Shown: positions 25,011 through 38,612, counted from the first letter of the stretch. The stretch: 64,000 bases of DNA from Macrostomum lignano (GCA_002269645.1 NIVC01000803.1:186001-250000), one strand, 5' to 3'. The notes: generated by a model not told the origin, from the letters alone. Numbers and translations are program-made.

Positions 25011-25294
25011 ACTCACGACGGGAGAATCAAGGCCACTGCGTGCCCTGTGTGATTGTGTACCTGCGTGCTCAGGCGTTAGCGGAATGGGCATCGAGACACC
25101 AAGTCTTTGAGACAGAAGCTTTCACTTCACTCCAAATGGCAATGGTGACAAATTACACGTGCTTCAAGCATTTCAAGATTTGCAAACGTAACAATCCTTT
25201 ATTTATTTACCATTCTTGAGGTCACTTTCAAACCCAACGACCAAATATCCCAGAGCAGACCAGTTCTCTACAATCAATGCAACAAGATGCTTAG

Positions 25295-25381
25295 AGGCAG
25301 GGGGTTGTGTGCACCCTGGCGCACTTTAAGCGACATAGGCACACAACCGGCGAGAGGCATTACTGCCCATTCCGCCGACAA
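25295..25381 (-). mobile_element. 5'-truncated SINE fragment flanked by a 15-bp direct repeat (CAACAAGATGCTTAG)
   Basis: Reverse complement aligns to 43685-43765 of the longer SINE; direct repeats at 25280-25294 and 25382-25396. Confidence 0.8.
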
Positions 25382-26029
25382 CAACAAGATGCTTAGGCGG
25401 GGTCATTGTTTGCCCCATCATGAAACCCAGAGAAAAAGCAGAACCATCTGCATCCAATTCAGTAAGACACTCAGCGAAACTGTTCGGCATCTGGATTACT
25501 TATCAGTGGCTCAGTTCCCTTATGATAAAATATTTACTGCAGGACGGGCTTAAGCCGTATTTTCTCTGCACCCAATCGTGCTCGCTGAGCCGAAGATGAG
25601 GCTGAGAGACCGCGAGAAGAAGCGCAGGAAATGGGATCTCGTCTTCCTGCTACTGTTATCCCCATCATCCCCTACTGGTGGGATAATCCATTGCTGGCAA
25701 GATATTGGGATTAATGTCAGTCTGAGAACTCTTTGCTCAAACCACCGTGTCTTGAAATGTAGAAGTAGACAGACTTATTCAATCGCATTGATTGGCTGAT
25801 GTGCTGCTTGTACATCAAAAGACTATCAATGCTGGGGTCGCACACAGGGCTGGCAGTTGTGATGGCTTGGTGATTATTCAGTAGTCATGAACTAGTGATG
25901 CGTAGTTTGAAGTCAAACTGCATTCTAAGTCGTCAATTCAATTTTTAACTCTCTCGCACTTTTGCACTCTCTCTATTTTGCACACGCACCTTTCCATTTT
26001 TATCTTTCGCTATCTCAACCTCTCTGCTT

Positions 26030-26810
26030 CCCCTCTGCCCCTCACCCTCCCTGTCTCACCCTCCCTGTCTCACCCTCCCTGTCTTACACTCCGTGTCTTA
26101 ACCTCCCCGTCTCATGCTCCCTGCCTCACCCTCCCTGTCTGACCCTCCCTGTCTTTCCCTCCCTGTCTGACACTCCCTGTCTGACCCTCCCTGTCTGACC
26201 CTCCCTGTCTCACCCTCCCTGCCTCACCCTCCCTGTCTCACCCTCCCTGTCTCACCCTCCCTGCCTCACCCTCCCTGTCTCACCCTCCCTGTCTCACCCT
26301 CCCTGCCTCACCCTCCCTGTCTCACCCTCCCTGTCTCACCCTCTTAGTCTCACCCTCCCTGTCTCACCCTCCCTGCCTCACCCTCCCTGTCTCACCCTCC
26401 CTGTCTCACCCTCCCTGTCTTACACTCCGTGTCTTAACCTCCCCGTCTCATGCTCCCTGCCTCACCCTCCCTGTCTGACCCTCCCTGTCTTTCCCTCCCT
26501 GTCTGACACTCCCTGTCTGACCCTCCCTGTCTGACCCTCCCTGTCTCACCCTCCCTGCCTCACCCTCCCTGTCTCACCCTCCCTGTCTCACCCTCCCTGC
26601 CTCACCCTCCCTGTCTCACCCTCCCTGTCTCACCCTCCCTGCCTCACCCTCCCTGTCTCACCCTCCCTGTCTCACCCTCTTAGTCTCACCCTCCCTGTCT
26701 CACCCTCCCTGCCTCACCCTCCCTGTCTCACCCTCCCTGTCTCACCCTCTCTGTCTCACCCTCCCTGTCTCACCCTCCCTGTCTCACCCTCCCTGTCTCA
26801 CCCTTCCTTG
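26030..26810. repeat. Minisatellite, 14-bp unit CACCCTCCCTGTCT, with a 336-bp higher-order duplication
   Basis: Variant block GTCTTACACTCCGTG recurs at 26081 and 26417. Confidence 0.93.
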
Positions 26811-27199
26811 TTTAACTCTCTCTTATAATTGAATTCATCAATTACGTTGCGTCGGCTCTAGCTAGGGCTAAGCAAAACAGCTGCACCGAGTGTCTGCTTG
26901 TGTTTGTCGTTCTCCCCTCTCTTGTTCCCCCTTCCTATTCGCTCTCTCTCTTTCCTAATCTTCTTCCTACCTTCCCCTAATTATTTCTTTCCCCCGAACT
27001 GGAGAATTTTCTATTTCGACACCTTTAATCAAATTTTCTTTTCCTGGCCAAAATGTGAACGCGAATACGCGCTCACAAAAGTCCCACTCTTTGCCCGCAT
27101 GCTCCAGTCCGCACTAATCATTCATTGAAAACGCTTCAAAAAGTGGATCTCCAATATCTCCAATACAGCCAATTTTTATTAACCGATAGTCTGGTGCCA

Positions 27200-30177
27200 T
27201 TGGCACTCATTTAGGCGCTATCGACACTTATTTTGGCGCTATCGACACTCATTTAGGAGCTATCGGCACTCATTTAGGAGCTATCGGCACTCATTTAGGA
27301 GCTATCGGCACTCATTTAGGAGCTATCGGCACTCATTTAGGAGCTATCGGCACTCATTTAGGCGCTATCGACACTTATTTTGGCGCTATCGACACTCATT
27401 TAGGAGCTATCGGCACTCATTTAGGAGCTATCGGCACTCATTTAGGAGCTATCGGCACTCATTTAGGAGCTATCGGCACTCATTTAGGAGCTATCGGCAC
27501 TCATTTAGGAGCTATCGGCACTCATTTAGGAGCTATCGGCACTCATTTAGGAGCTATCGGCACCCATTTAGGCGCTATCGACACTCATTTAGGAGCTATC
27601 GGCACCCATTTAGGCGCTATCGACACTCATTTAGGAGCTATCGGCACCCATTTAGGCGCTATCGACACTCATTTAGGAACTATCGGCACCCATTTAGGAG
27701 CTATCGGCACTCATTTAGGAGCTATCGGCACCCATTTAGGAACTATCGGCACCCATTTAGGAGCTATCGGCACCCATTTAGGAGCTATCGGCACCCATTT
27801 AGGCGCTATCGACACTCATTTAGGAGCTATCGGCACCCATTTAGGCGCTATCAACACTCATTTAGGAACTATCGGCACCCATTTAGGAGCTATCGGCACC
27901 CATTTAGGAGCTATCGGCACCCATTTAGGAACTATCGGCACCCATTTAGGAGCTATCGGCACCCATTTAGGAGCTATCGGCACCCATTTAGGCGCTATCG
28001 ACACTCATTTAGGAACTATCGGCACCCATTTAGGAGCTATCGGCACTCATTTAGGAGCTATCGGCACCCATTTAGGCGCTATCGGCACCCATTTAGGCGC
28101 TATCGGCACTCATTTAGGCGCTATCGGCACTCATTTAGGAGCTATCGGCACCCATTTAGGCGCTATCGACACTCATTTAGGAGCTATCGGCACCCATTTA
28201 GGCGCTATCGACACTCATTTAGGAGCTATCGGCACTCATTTAGGAGCTATCGGCACTCATTTAGGAGCTATCGGCACTCATTTAGGAGCTATCGACACTC
28301 ATTTAGGAGCTATCGGCACTCATTTAGGAGCTATCGGCACTCATTTAGGAGCTATCGGCACCCATTTAGGCGCTATCGACACTCATTAGGAACTATCGGC
28401 ACCCATTTAGGAGCTATCGGCACCCATTTAGGAGCTATCGGCACCCATTTAGGAACTATCGGCACCCATTTAGGAGCTATCGGCACCCATTTAGGAGCTA
28501 TCGGCACCCATTTAGGCGCTATCGACACTCATTTAGGAACTATCGGCACCCATTTAGGAGCTATCGGCACTCATTTAGGAGCTATCGGCACCCATTTAGG
28601 CGCTATCGACACTCATTTAGGAACTATCGGCACCCATTTAGGAGCTATCGGCACCCATTTAGGCGCTATCGGCACTCATTTAGGCGCTATCGGCACCCAT
28701 TTAGGAGCTATCGGCACCCATTTAGGCGCTATCGACACTCATTTAGGAACTATCGGCACCCATTTAGGAGCTATCGGCACCCATTTAGGCGCTATCGGCA
28801 CTCATTTAGGCGCTATCGGCACCCATTTAGGAGCTATCGGCACTCATTTAGGAGCTATCGGCACCCATTTAGGCGCTATCGACACTCATTTAGGAACTAT
28901 CGGCACCCATTTAGGAGCTATCGGCACCCATTTAGGCGCTATCGGCACCCATTTAGGCGCTATCGGCACTCATTTAGGCGCTATCGGCACCCATTTAGGC
29001 GCTATCGGCACCCATTTAGGAGCTATCGACACTCATTTAGGAACTATCGGCACCCATTTAGGCGCTATCGACACTCATTTAGGAGCTATCGGCACTCATT
29101 TAGGAGCTATCGGCACTCATTTAGGAGCTATCGGCACTTATTTAGGAGCTATCGGCACTCATTTAGGAGCTATCGGCACCCATTTAGGAGCTATCGGCAC
29201 TCATTTAGGAGCTATCGGCACCCATTTAGGCGCTATCGACACTCATTTAGGAGCTATCGGCACCCATTTAGGCGCTATCGACACTCATTTAGGAGCTATC
29301 GGCACCCATTCAGGCGCTATCGACACTCATTTAGGAGCTATCCGCACCCATTTAGGCGCTATCGACACTCATTTAGGAACTATCGGCACCCATTTAGGAG
29401 CTATCGGCACCCATTTAGGAGCTATCGGCACCCATTTAGGAACTATCGGCACCCATTTAGGAGCTATCGGCACCCATTTAGGCGCTATCGACACTCATTT
29501 AGGAACTATCGGCACCCATTTAGGAGCTATCGGCACTCATTTAGGAGCTTTCGGCACCCATTTAGGCGCTATCGACACTCATTTAGGAACTATCGGCACC
29601 CATTTAGGAGCTATCGGCACCCATTTAGGAGCTATCGGCACTCATTTAGGAGCTATCGGCACCCATTTAGGCGCTATCGGCACTCATTTAGGCGCTATCG
29701 GCACCCATTTAGGAGCTATCGGCACTCATTTAGGAGCTATCGGCACCCATTTAGGCGCTATCGGCACCCATTTAGGAGCTATCGGCACTCATTTAGGAGC
29801 TATCGGCACCCATTTAGGCGCTATCAACACTCATTTAGGAACTATCGGCACCCATTTAGGAGCTATCGGCACCCATTTAGGCGCTATCGGCACCCATTTA
29901 GGCGCTATCGGCACTCATTTAGGCGCTATCGGCACCCATTTAGGCGCTATCGGCACTCATTTAGGCGCTATCGGCACCCATTTAGGCGCTATTGACACTC
30001 ATTTAGGCGCTATCGGCACCCATTTAGGAGCTATCGGCACTCATTTAGGAGCTATCGGCACCCATTTAGGCGCTATCAACACTCATTTAGGAACTATCGG
30101 CACCCATTTAGGAGCTATCGGCACCCATTTAGGCGCTATCGGCACCCATTTAGGCGCTATTGACACTCATTTAGGCT
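27200..30177. repeat. Minisatellite, 21-bp unit CATTTAGG(A/C)GCTATCG(G/A)CAC(T/C)
   Basis: About 140 tandem copies in INPP1 intron 1. Confidence 0.97.
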
Positions 30178-30614
30178 TACACCCAGGTCCCCAGCATGCA
30201 GAGTAATTAAACAGCTGTCTAAGTGTGGCATCTGCAATCACCCAGTCTCTGCCCAACACTCACGCCTACAATTATTATCCGGAATGAGGACATTGCTCCG
30301 CTGCAACACCTCACGGATAGTTCCTAGAGGGGGGGGGGGAGGGCAGCACTGCCATTCCGTATAGATTTACTCAACTAACATTGCTCATCCCTAGAGACAA
30401 AAAACCTGTCCGAGACTGTCTCTTGTCGCTGATAAAGGCAATTTGTAACTCCCGGCACAGTTTGCAAGCTACCATGCCCAAATTTTTTGCTCTCGTCTGT
30501 TCCATCGCGTTCCAGCCAATGCATCTCTTCTCCCGCTCCCATTGCTCTCTCTCTCTGCTCAGTTGCTTCACTGATCGAAAGCTGTATGGATGTTGCTGCA
30601 AGCGGAAGGTACTC

Positions 30615-33600
30615 TAGGGCTACGGCTCTCTTCCGTCACCATGCTGGGGCTATAGCCCACTCCTGTCACTCTACTGGGGCTACAGCCCACTCCTGTCACT
30701 CTACTGGGGCTACAGCCCACTCCTGTCACTCTACTGGGGCTACAGCCCTCTCCCGCGACTCTACTGGGGGCTACAGCCCTCTCCCGTTACTCTACTGGGG
30801 CTACAGCCCACTCCTGTCACTCTACTGGGGCTACAGCCCACTCCTGTCACTCTACTGGGGCTACAGCCCACTCCTGTCACTCTACTGGGGCTACAGCCCA
30901 CTCCTGTCACTCTACTGGGGCTACAGCCCACTCCTGTCACTCTACTGGGGCTACAGCCCACTCCTGTCACTCTACTGGGGCTACAGCCCACTCCTGTCAC
31001 TCTACTGGGGCTACAGCCCACTCCTGTCACTCTACTGGGGCTACAGCCCACTCCTGTCACTCTACTGGGGCTACAGCCCTCTCCTGTCACTCTACTGGGG
31101 CTACAGCCCTCTCCTGTTACTCTACTGGGGCTACAGCCCTCTCCTGTCACTCTACTGGGGCTACAGCCCTCTCCTGTCACTCTACTGGGGCTACAGCCCT
31201 CTCCTGTCACTCTACTGGGGCTACAGCCCTCTCCTGTCACTCTACTGGGGCTACAGCCCTCTCCTGTCACTCTACTGGGGCTACAGCCCTCTCCTGTCAC
31301 TCTACTGGGGCTACAGCCCTCTCCTGTCACTCTACTGGGGCTACAGCCCTCTCCTGTCACTCTACTGGGGGCTACAGCCCACTCCTGTCACTCTACTGGG
31401 GCTACAGCCCACTCCTGTCACTCTACTGGGGCTACAGCCCTCTCCTGTCACTCTGCTGGGGGCTACAGCCCACTCCTGTCACTCTACTGGGGATACAGCC
31501 CTCTCCTGTCACTCTACTGGGGCTACAGCCCTCTCCTGTCACTCTACTGGGGCTACAGCCCTCTCCTGTCACTCTACTGGGGCTACAGCCCTCTCCTGTC
31601 ACTCTACTGGGGCTAGAGCCCTCTCCTGTCACTCTACTGGGGCTACAGCCCTCTCCCGTCACTCTACTGGGGCTACAGCCCTCTCCTGTCACTCTACTGG
31701 GGCTACAGCCCTCTCCTGTCACTCTACTGGGGCTACAGCCCTCTCCTGTTACTCTACTGGGGCTACAGCCCTCTCCTGTCACTCTACTGGGGCTACAGCC
31801 CTCTCCTGTCACTCTACTGGGGCTACAGCCCTCTCCTGTCACTCTACTGGGGCTAGAGCCCTCTCCTGTCACTCTACTGGGGCTACAGCCCTCTCCCGTC
31901 ACTCTACTGGGGCTACAGCCCTCTCCTGTCACTCTACTGGGGCTACAGCCCTCTCCTGTCACTCTACTGGGGCTACAGCCCTCTCCTGTTACTCTACTGG
32001 GGCTACAGTCCTCTCCTGTCACTCTACTGGGGGCTACAGCCCACTCCTGTCACTCTACTGGGGCTACAGCCCACTCCTGTCACTCTACTGGGGCTAGAGC
32101 CCTCTCCTGTCACTCTACTGGGGCTACAGCCCTCTCCCGCCACTCTACTGGGGCTACAGCCCTCTCCTGTCACTCTACTGGGGCTACAGCCCTCTCCTGT
32201 CACTCTACTGGGGCTACAGCCCACTCCTGTCACTCTACTGGGGCTACAGCCCTCTCCTGTCACTCTACTGGGGCTACAGCCCTCTCCTGTCACTCTACTG
32301 GGGCTACAGCCCTCTCCTGTTACTCTACTGGGGCTACAGCCCTCTCCTGTCACTCTACTGGGGCTACAGCCCTCTCCTGTCACTCTACTGGGGCTACAGC
32401 CCTCTCCTGTCACTCTACTGGGGCTACAGCCCTCTCCCGCCACTCTACTGGGGGCTACAGCCCTCTCCTGTCACTCTACTGGGGATACAGCCCTCTCCTG
32501 TCACTCTACTGGGGGCTACAGCCCTCTCCTGTCACTCTACTGGGGCTACAGCCCTCTCCTGTCACTCTACTGGGGCTACAGCCCTCTCCTGTCACTCTAC
32601 TGGGGCTACGCCCTCTCCTGTCACTCTACTGGGGCTACAGCCCTCTCCTGTCACTCTACTGGGGCTACAGCCCTCTCCTGTCACTCTACTGGGGCTACAG
32701 CCCTCTCCTGTCACTCTACTGGGGCTACAGCCCTCTCCTGTCACTCTACTGGGGCTACAGCCCTCTCCTGTCACTCTACTGGGGCTACAGCCCTCTCCTG
32801 TCACTCTACTGGGGCTACAGCCCTCTCCTGTCACTCTACTGGGGCTACAGCCCACTCCTGTCACTCTACTGGGGCTACAGCCCTCTCCTGTCACTCTGCT
32901 GGGGGCTACAGCCCACTCCTGTCACTCTACTGGGGATACAGCCCTCTCCTGTCACTCTACTGGGGCTACAGCCCTCTCCTGTCACTCTACTGGGGCTACA
33001 GCCCTCTCCTGTCACTCTACTGGGGCTACAGCCCTCTCCTGTCACTCTACTGGGGCTAGAGCCCTCTCCTGTCACTCTACTGGGGCTACAGCCCTCTCCC
33101 GTCACTCTACTGGGGCTACAGCCCTCTCCTGTCACTCTACTGGGGCTACAGCCCTCTCCTGTCACTCTACTGGGGCTACAGCCCTCTCCTGTTACTCTAC
33201 TGGGGCTACAGTCCTCTCCTGTCACTCTACTGGGGGCTACAGCCCACTCCTGTCACTCTACTGGGGCTACAGCCCACTCCTGTCACTCTACTGGGGCTAG
33301 AGCCCTCTCCTGTCACTCTACTGGGGCTACAGCCCTCTCCCGCCACTCTACTGGGGCTACAGCCCTCTCCTGTCACTCTACTGGGGCTACAGCCCTCTCC
33401 TGTCACTCTACTGGGGCTACAGCCCACTCCTGTCACTCTACTGGGGCTACAGCCCTCTCCTGTCACTCTACTGGGGCTACAGCCCTCTCCTGTCACTCTA
33501 CTGGGGCTACAGCCCTCTCCTGTTACTCTACTGGGGCTACAGCCCTCTCCTGTCACTCTACTGGGGCTACAGCCCTCTCCTGTCACTCTACTGGGGCTAC

Positions 33601-35345
33601 AGCCCTCTCCTGTCACTCTACTGGGGCTACAGCCCTCTCCCGCCACTCTACTGGGGGCTACAGCCCTCTCCTGTCACTCTACTGGGGATACAGCCCTCTC
33701 CTGTCACTCTACTGGGGGCTACAGCCCTCTCCTGTCACTCTACTGGGGCTACAGCCCACTCCTGTCACTCTACTGGGGCTACAGCCCTCTCCTGTCACTC
33801 TACTGGGGCTACAGCCCTCTCCTGTTACTCTACTGGGGCTACAGCCCTCTCCTGTCACTCTACTGGGGGCTACAGCCCACTCCTGTCACTCTACTGGGGC
33901 TACAGCCCTCTCCTGTCACTCTACTGGGGGCTACAGCCCTCTCCTGTCACTCTACTGGGGCTACAGCCCTCTCCCGCCACTCTACTGGGGGCTACAGCCC
34001 TCTCCTGTCACTCTACTGGGGCTACAGCCCTCTCCTGTCACTCTACTGGGGCTACAGCCCTCTCCTGTCACTCTACTGGGGCTACAGCCCTCTCCTGTCA
34101 CTCTACTGGGGCTACAGCCCTCTCCTGTCACTCTACTGGGGCTAGAGCCCTCTCCTGTCACTCTACTGGGGGCTACAGCCCACTCCTGTCACTCTACTGG
34201 GGCTAGAGCCCTCTCCTGTCACTCTACTGGGGCTAGAGCCCTCTCCTGTCACTCTACTGGGGCTACAGCCCTCTCCCGCCACTCTACTGGGGGCTACAGC
34301 CCTCTCCTGTCACTCTACTGGGGCTACAGCCCTCTCCTGTCACTCTACTGGGGCTACAGCCCACTCCTGTCACTCTACTGGGGCTACAGCCCACTCCTGT
34401 CACTCTACTGGGGCTACAGCCCTCTCCTGTCACTCTACTGAAACTACAGCCCTCTCCCGTCACTCTGCTGGGGGCTACAGCCCTCTCCCGTCACTCTGCT
34501 GGGGGCTACAGCCCTCTCCCGTCACTCTACTGGGGCTACAGCCTTCTCCCGCCACTCTACTGAGGCTACAGACTTCTCCCGCCACTCTACTGAGGCTACA
34601 GCCCTCTCCCGTCACTCTGCTGGGGGCTACAGCCCTCTCCCGTCACTCTACTGAGACTACAGCCCTCTCCCGTCACTCTGCTGGGGGCTACAGCCCTCTC
34701 CCGTCACTCTGCTGGGGGCTACAGCCCTCTCCCGTCACTCTGCTGGGGGCTACAGCCCTCTCCCGTCACTCTACTGAGACTACAGCCCTCTCCCGTCACT
34801 CTGCTGGGGGCTACAGCCCTCTCCCGTCACTCTGCTGGGGGCTACAGCCCTCTCCCGTCACTCTGCTGGGGCTACAGCTCTCTCCCGTCACTCTGCTGGG
34901 GGCTACAGCCCTCTCCCGTCACTCTGCTGGGGCTACAGCTCTCTCCCGTCACTCTGCTGGGGGCTACAGCCCTCTCCCGTCACTCTGCTGGGGCTACAGC
35001 CCTCTCCCGTCACTCTGCTGGGGCTACAGCTCTCTCCCGTCACTCTGCTGGGGGCTACAGCCCTCTCCTGTCACTCTGCTGGGGCTACAGCTCTCTCCCG
35101 TCACTCTGCTGGGGGCTACAGCCCTCTCCCGTCACTCTGCTGGGGGCTACAGCCCTCTCCCGTCACTCTGCTGGGGCTACAGCTCTCTCCCGTCACTCTG
35201 CTGGGGGCTACAGCCCTCTCCTGTCACTCTGCTGGGGCTACAGCTCTCTCCCGTCACTCTGCTGGGGGCTACAGCCCTCTCCCGTCACTCTGCTGGGGCT
35301 ACAGCTCTCTCCTGTCACTGCTGTGTGGGGCTACAGTCTCCTGCA
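30615..35345. repeat. Minisatellite, 30-bp unit GGGGCTACAGCCCTCTCCTGTCACTCTACT
   Basis: About 155 copies with a variable G-run; explains ORFs 30487-33646. Confidence 0.97.
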
Positions 35346-35824
35346 CTCTGCTGAGGAGGGGGTTACATCCCTCTCCTGCCACAACCAGAAGCAGCAATGC
35401 CAAAATTCAAACCTGGAGGTCTCTTTTAAAATGCCAGCCACAATGCCCCAGGTGTTCCAGCAAAACAAAATCCGTCAATCCGACACAGCAACTGAAATCG
35501 TGCTAATTCCCGAGCACTGCAGTCCCGCATTAATGTCTAGACCTGGAGACGGGGGGTCCTGAGACGAAGAAAAACAAATCAATCGTGCCTGACTGACAGT
35601 CTGGCCCTGTCTAGATCCCAGCAGTGTTTTAGCGACGTCTTCAGAAAATAGACCCCGGCTGAGCACAGACAGTCTCAGTACAACTGTTGACAGTTTTGCC
35701 CTGGAAATTTCGCTCCATTTGTTCGTTCAACAGTGTCGCAGCATTTTGTGCTTTCATAATCCGCTTTAATCCACCTCTGTTGTAACAATGTTTCTCGTAT
35801 AAGTACTACTGAATCACTTTGGGA

Positions 35825-36650
35825 TTCACTATCTCACTCATTCTCTCCACTCATTCTCTCACTTATGAACTCACTCATTCTCTCACTCATGAACTCACTC
35901 ATTCTCTCACTCATGAACTCACTCATTCTCTCACTCATTCTCTCACTCATTCTCTCACTCATTCTCTCACTCATTCTCTCACTCATTCTCTCACTCATTC
36001 TCTCACTCATTCTCTCACTCATTCTCTCACTCATTCTCTCACTCATTCTCTCACTCATGAACTCACTCATGAACTCACTCATGAACTCACTCATTCTCTC
36101 ACTCATGAACTCACTCATGAACTCACTCATTCTCTCACTCATGAACTCACTCATGAACTCACTCATGAACTCACTCATGAACTCACTCATGAACTCACTC
36201 ATTCTCTCACTCATGAACTCACTCATTCTCTCACTCATGAACTCACTCATGAACTCACTCATGAACTCACTCATGAACTCACTCATGAACTCGCTCATGA
36301 ACTCACTCATGAACTCACTCATGAACTCACTCATGAACTCGCTCATGAACTCACTCATGAACTCACTCATGAACCGATTCAATAACTCACTCATGAACTC
36401 ACTATAATCTCACTCATAAACTCCCTCATGAACTCACTCATGAACTCGCTCATGAACTCACTCATGAACTCACTCATGGGCTCACTCATAAACTCCCTCA
36501 TGAAGTCACTCATGGGCTCACTCATAAACTCCCTCATGAAGTCACTCATAAACTCACTCATGAACTCACTATAATCTCACTCATAAACTTCCTCATAAAC
36601 TCACTCGTGAAATCACTCATTAACTCATTAACAAACTCGTGAGAACTCAC
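35825..36650. repeat. Minisatellite, 12-bp unit CTCACTCAT(GAA/TCT)
   Basis: Tandem copies read directly. Confidence 0.94.
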
Positions 36651-37509
36651 AAAGTCCCCCTTCCCTGAAACTCAAGCTCCGCACAATTCTGAGCAAGCTC
36701 TGTCTCAATTTTTCCCCGCCATTCCAATCGCTCTAACAAGTGGCCGCCACAGCCACGCCTCGGGGCAGATTGGCCTCGGAAAGGCGCTTCAATGGTCTCG
36801 AGCGCGACGCCCCCCTTCTCAATAGTCCCAACCTCAGTCTCCCACTTCGCTGCTTTTCATCTTCCCTCAAGCGACCACTTCATTCTGGCTGACGGGTGAG
36901 GGAGTGGGTCAGAGACGAGAGCAGAAGAGGCCGGCAGCAGAGCATCAGCGGTTTGCTGCTTGCCAGGAAAAGAGGCAAAAGTGCAGCTGCCCAACAGCTC
37001 CATCCGTTGGGCTGCTTGGCTCTTGGGGAAGAGGTTGACTGAGGTCAGCGCACTCTGAGCACTCTCTGTGCAGCTTCAAAAATAGAATTTTTATTAGAGT
37101 TCAATGTAAAATCTATGAATTAATCAAATAAATTTAATGATTGTACTTTTAAACTTACTTTCTAAAAGATTGACTTGACTGCTTGGAGAAGAAGAATTTC
37201 AGAGCTTTAATATTTGCTTTATTCCGGTCAAGGACTACTTAAGTAGGCCGACTATAGTGGTCCTTGAGCCAGGGTTAAGTAAACAGTGCCAATGTTCAAG
37301 CAACTGACGAACTTCGGATGCAGAAACTGGGACATGGGTTCCAGCTTTCAGTTGGGAAAACGAGAGAGAATAGCGGAGCGGGAAAAAGAAGAGGCAGAGA
37401 GCAAGGTTGGAAGGCAGACTGAATCAGGCATAAACAGTTTTAACCATTGTTTCTGCATGAAATTGTTTTATGCAGCACAGTCAGCTGCAGCAGCGACATC
37501 AGGCAAGTG

Positions 37510-38045
37510 AGGGGCCGCCAAACCAGGTATCTGGCGGCGCCAAAAAATGAGTGTCTGAGGGCGCCAAATTGGGTGTCTGGCGGCGCCAAAAACTGGTTGT
37601 CTAAGTGCCCCAAAATTGGATGTCTTGGAGCGCCAAAAAATTGGTGTCTGATGGCGCCAAAAATGGGTGTCTGAGGGCGCCGAAACCTGGGTGTCTGAAG
37701 GCGCCGAAACCTGGGTGTCTGAGGGCGCCGAAACCTGGGTGTCTGATGGCACCAAAAACTGGGTGTCTGAGGGCGCCGAAACCTGGGTGTCTGAGGGCGC
37801 CAAAAACTGTGTGTCTGAGGGCGCCAAAAACTGTGTGTCTGAGGGCGCCAAAAACTGTGTCTGAGGGCGCCAAAAACTGTGTGTCTGAGGGCGCCAAAAA
37901 CTGGGTGTCTGAGGGCGCCAAAAACTGGGTGTCTGAGGGCGCCAAAAACTGGGTGTCTGAGGGCGCCAAAAACTGAGTGTCTGAGGGCGCCAAAAACTGG
38001 GTGCCTGAGGGCGCCAAAAACTGGGTGTCTGGCGGCGCCAGAACT
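37510..38045. repeat. Minisatellite, 24-bp unit GTGTCTGAGGGCGCCAAAAACTGG
   Basis: Tandem copies read directly. Confidence 0.93.
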
Positions 38046-38269
38046 GGGGCGTCTCCTCGGATTCTACTCCGGGAAAAAGCCCCCATTCTACTTTGCGATT
38101 AATGCAGTTTGCACACTCCCGCCCGCTTTATTTTTATTATTCCAACGCAAACCTCCTTCATCTCGACTGAAGTGCGGAGAACAAAAAAACTCCCATTAAG
38201 CTTTCGTGCAGGCGAGTTCTCGTTTATCCATCAACAAACGTCTATTTTTACCTCGTTTTTTCATTGCAG

Positions 38270-38387
38270 TTCTCCGGAATCGGGAAACGAGTCACCGGGG
38301 AGGAGAATAACAAATTCACAAACTTTGCGGGTGATAAGTTCAGCCTGGAAATTAAAGACAACAAGAAGAAGACAACCGCTTTGCTGT
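38270..38387 (+). CDS. INPP1: Inositol polyphosphate 1-phosphatase, coding exon 2
   Basis: TTTTTTCATTGCAG acceptor; FSGIGKRVTGEENNKFTNFAGDKFSLEIKDNKKKTTALL matches the INPP1 GEE.N.FTN region; T|GTAAGC donor, phase 0/1. Confidence 0.92.
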
Positions 38388-38464
38388 GTAAGCATTCGCT
38401 TTTATAAATATTTATGATCCTGAAAATTTCAGAGTATGGAGGGATTAAGCAAAAGCAGCTTGAA

Positions 38465-38612
38465 CAGCAAAAAACAAAAACAAAAGTAACGAAGAACGAC
38501 AAGCATAGTAATAACAATAACAACAACAGCAACAGGAACAAAAGCAACAACAGAAAAAAACAACAACAACGGCAACAAAAACAGCAACAAATTAAAAGCA
38601 ACAACAACAACA
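38465..38612. repeat. Degenerate (AAC)n-type microsatellite
   Basis: Low-complexity AAC/AAG runs in INPP1 intron 2. Confidence 0.75.

Noticed and set aside
27200-30177. Interstitial telomeric repeat (TTTAGG-containing)
   Set aside because: TTTAGG is only part of a 21-bp unit; there are no tandem TTAGGG/TTTAGGG runs.
30487-36407. ORFs of (YWGYSPLLSL)n, (SRVTGEGCSP)n, (THEL)n, (SEFM)n
   Set aside because: These are translations of the 30-bp and 12-bp intronic arrays inside INPP1 intron 1, broken by G-run indels.
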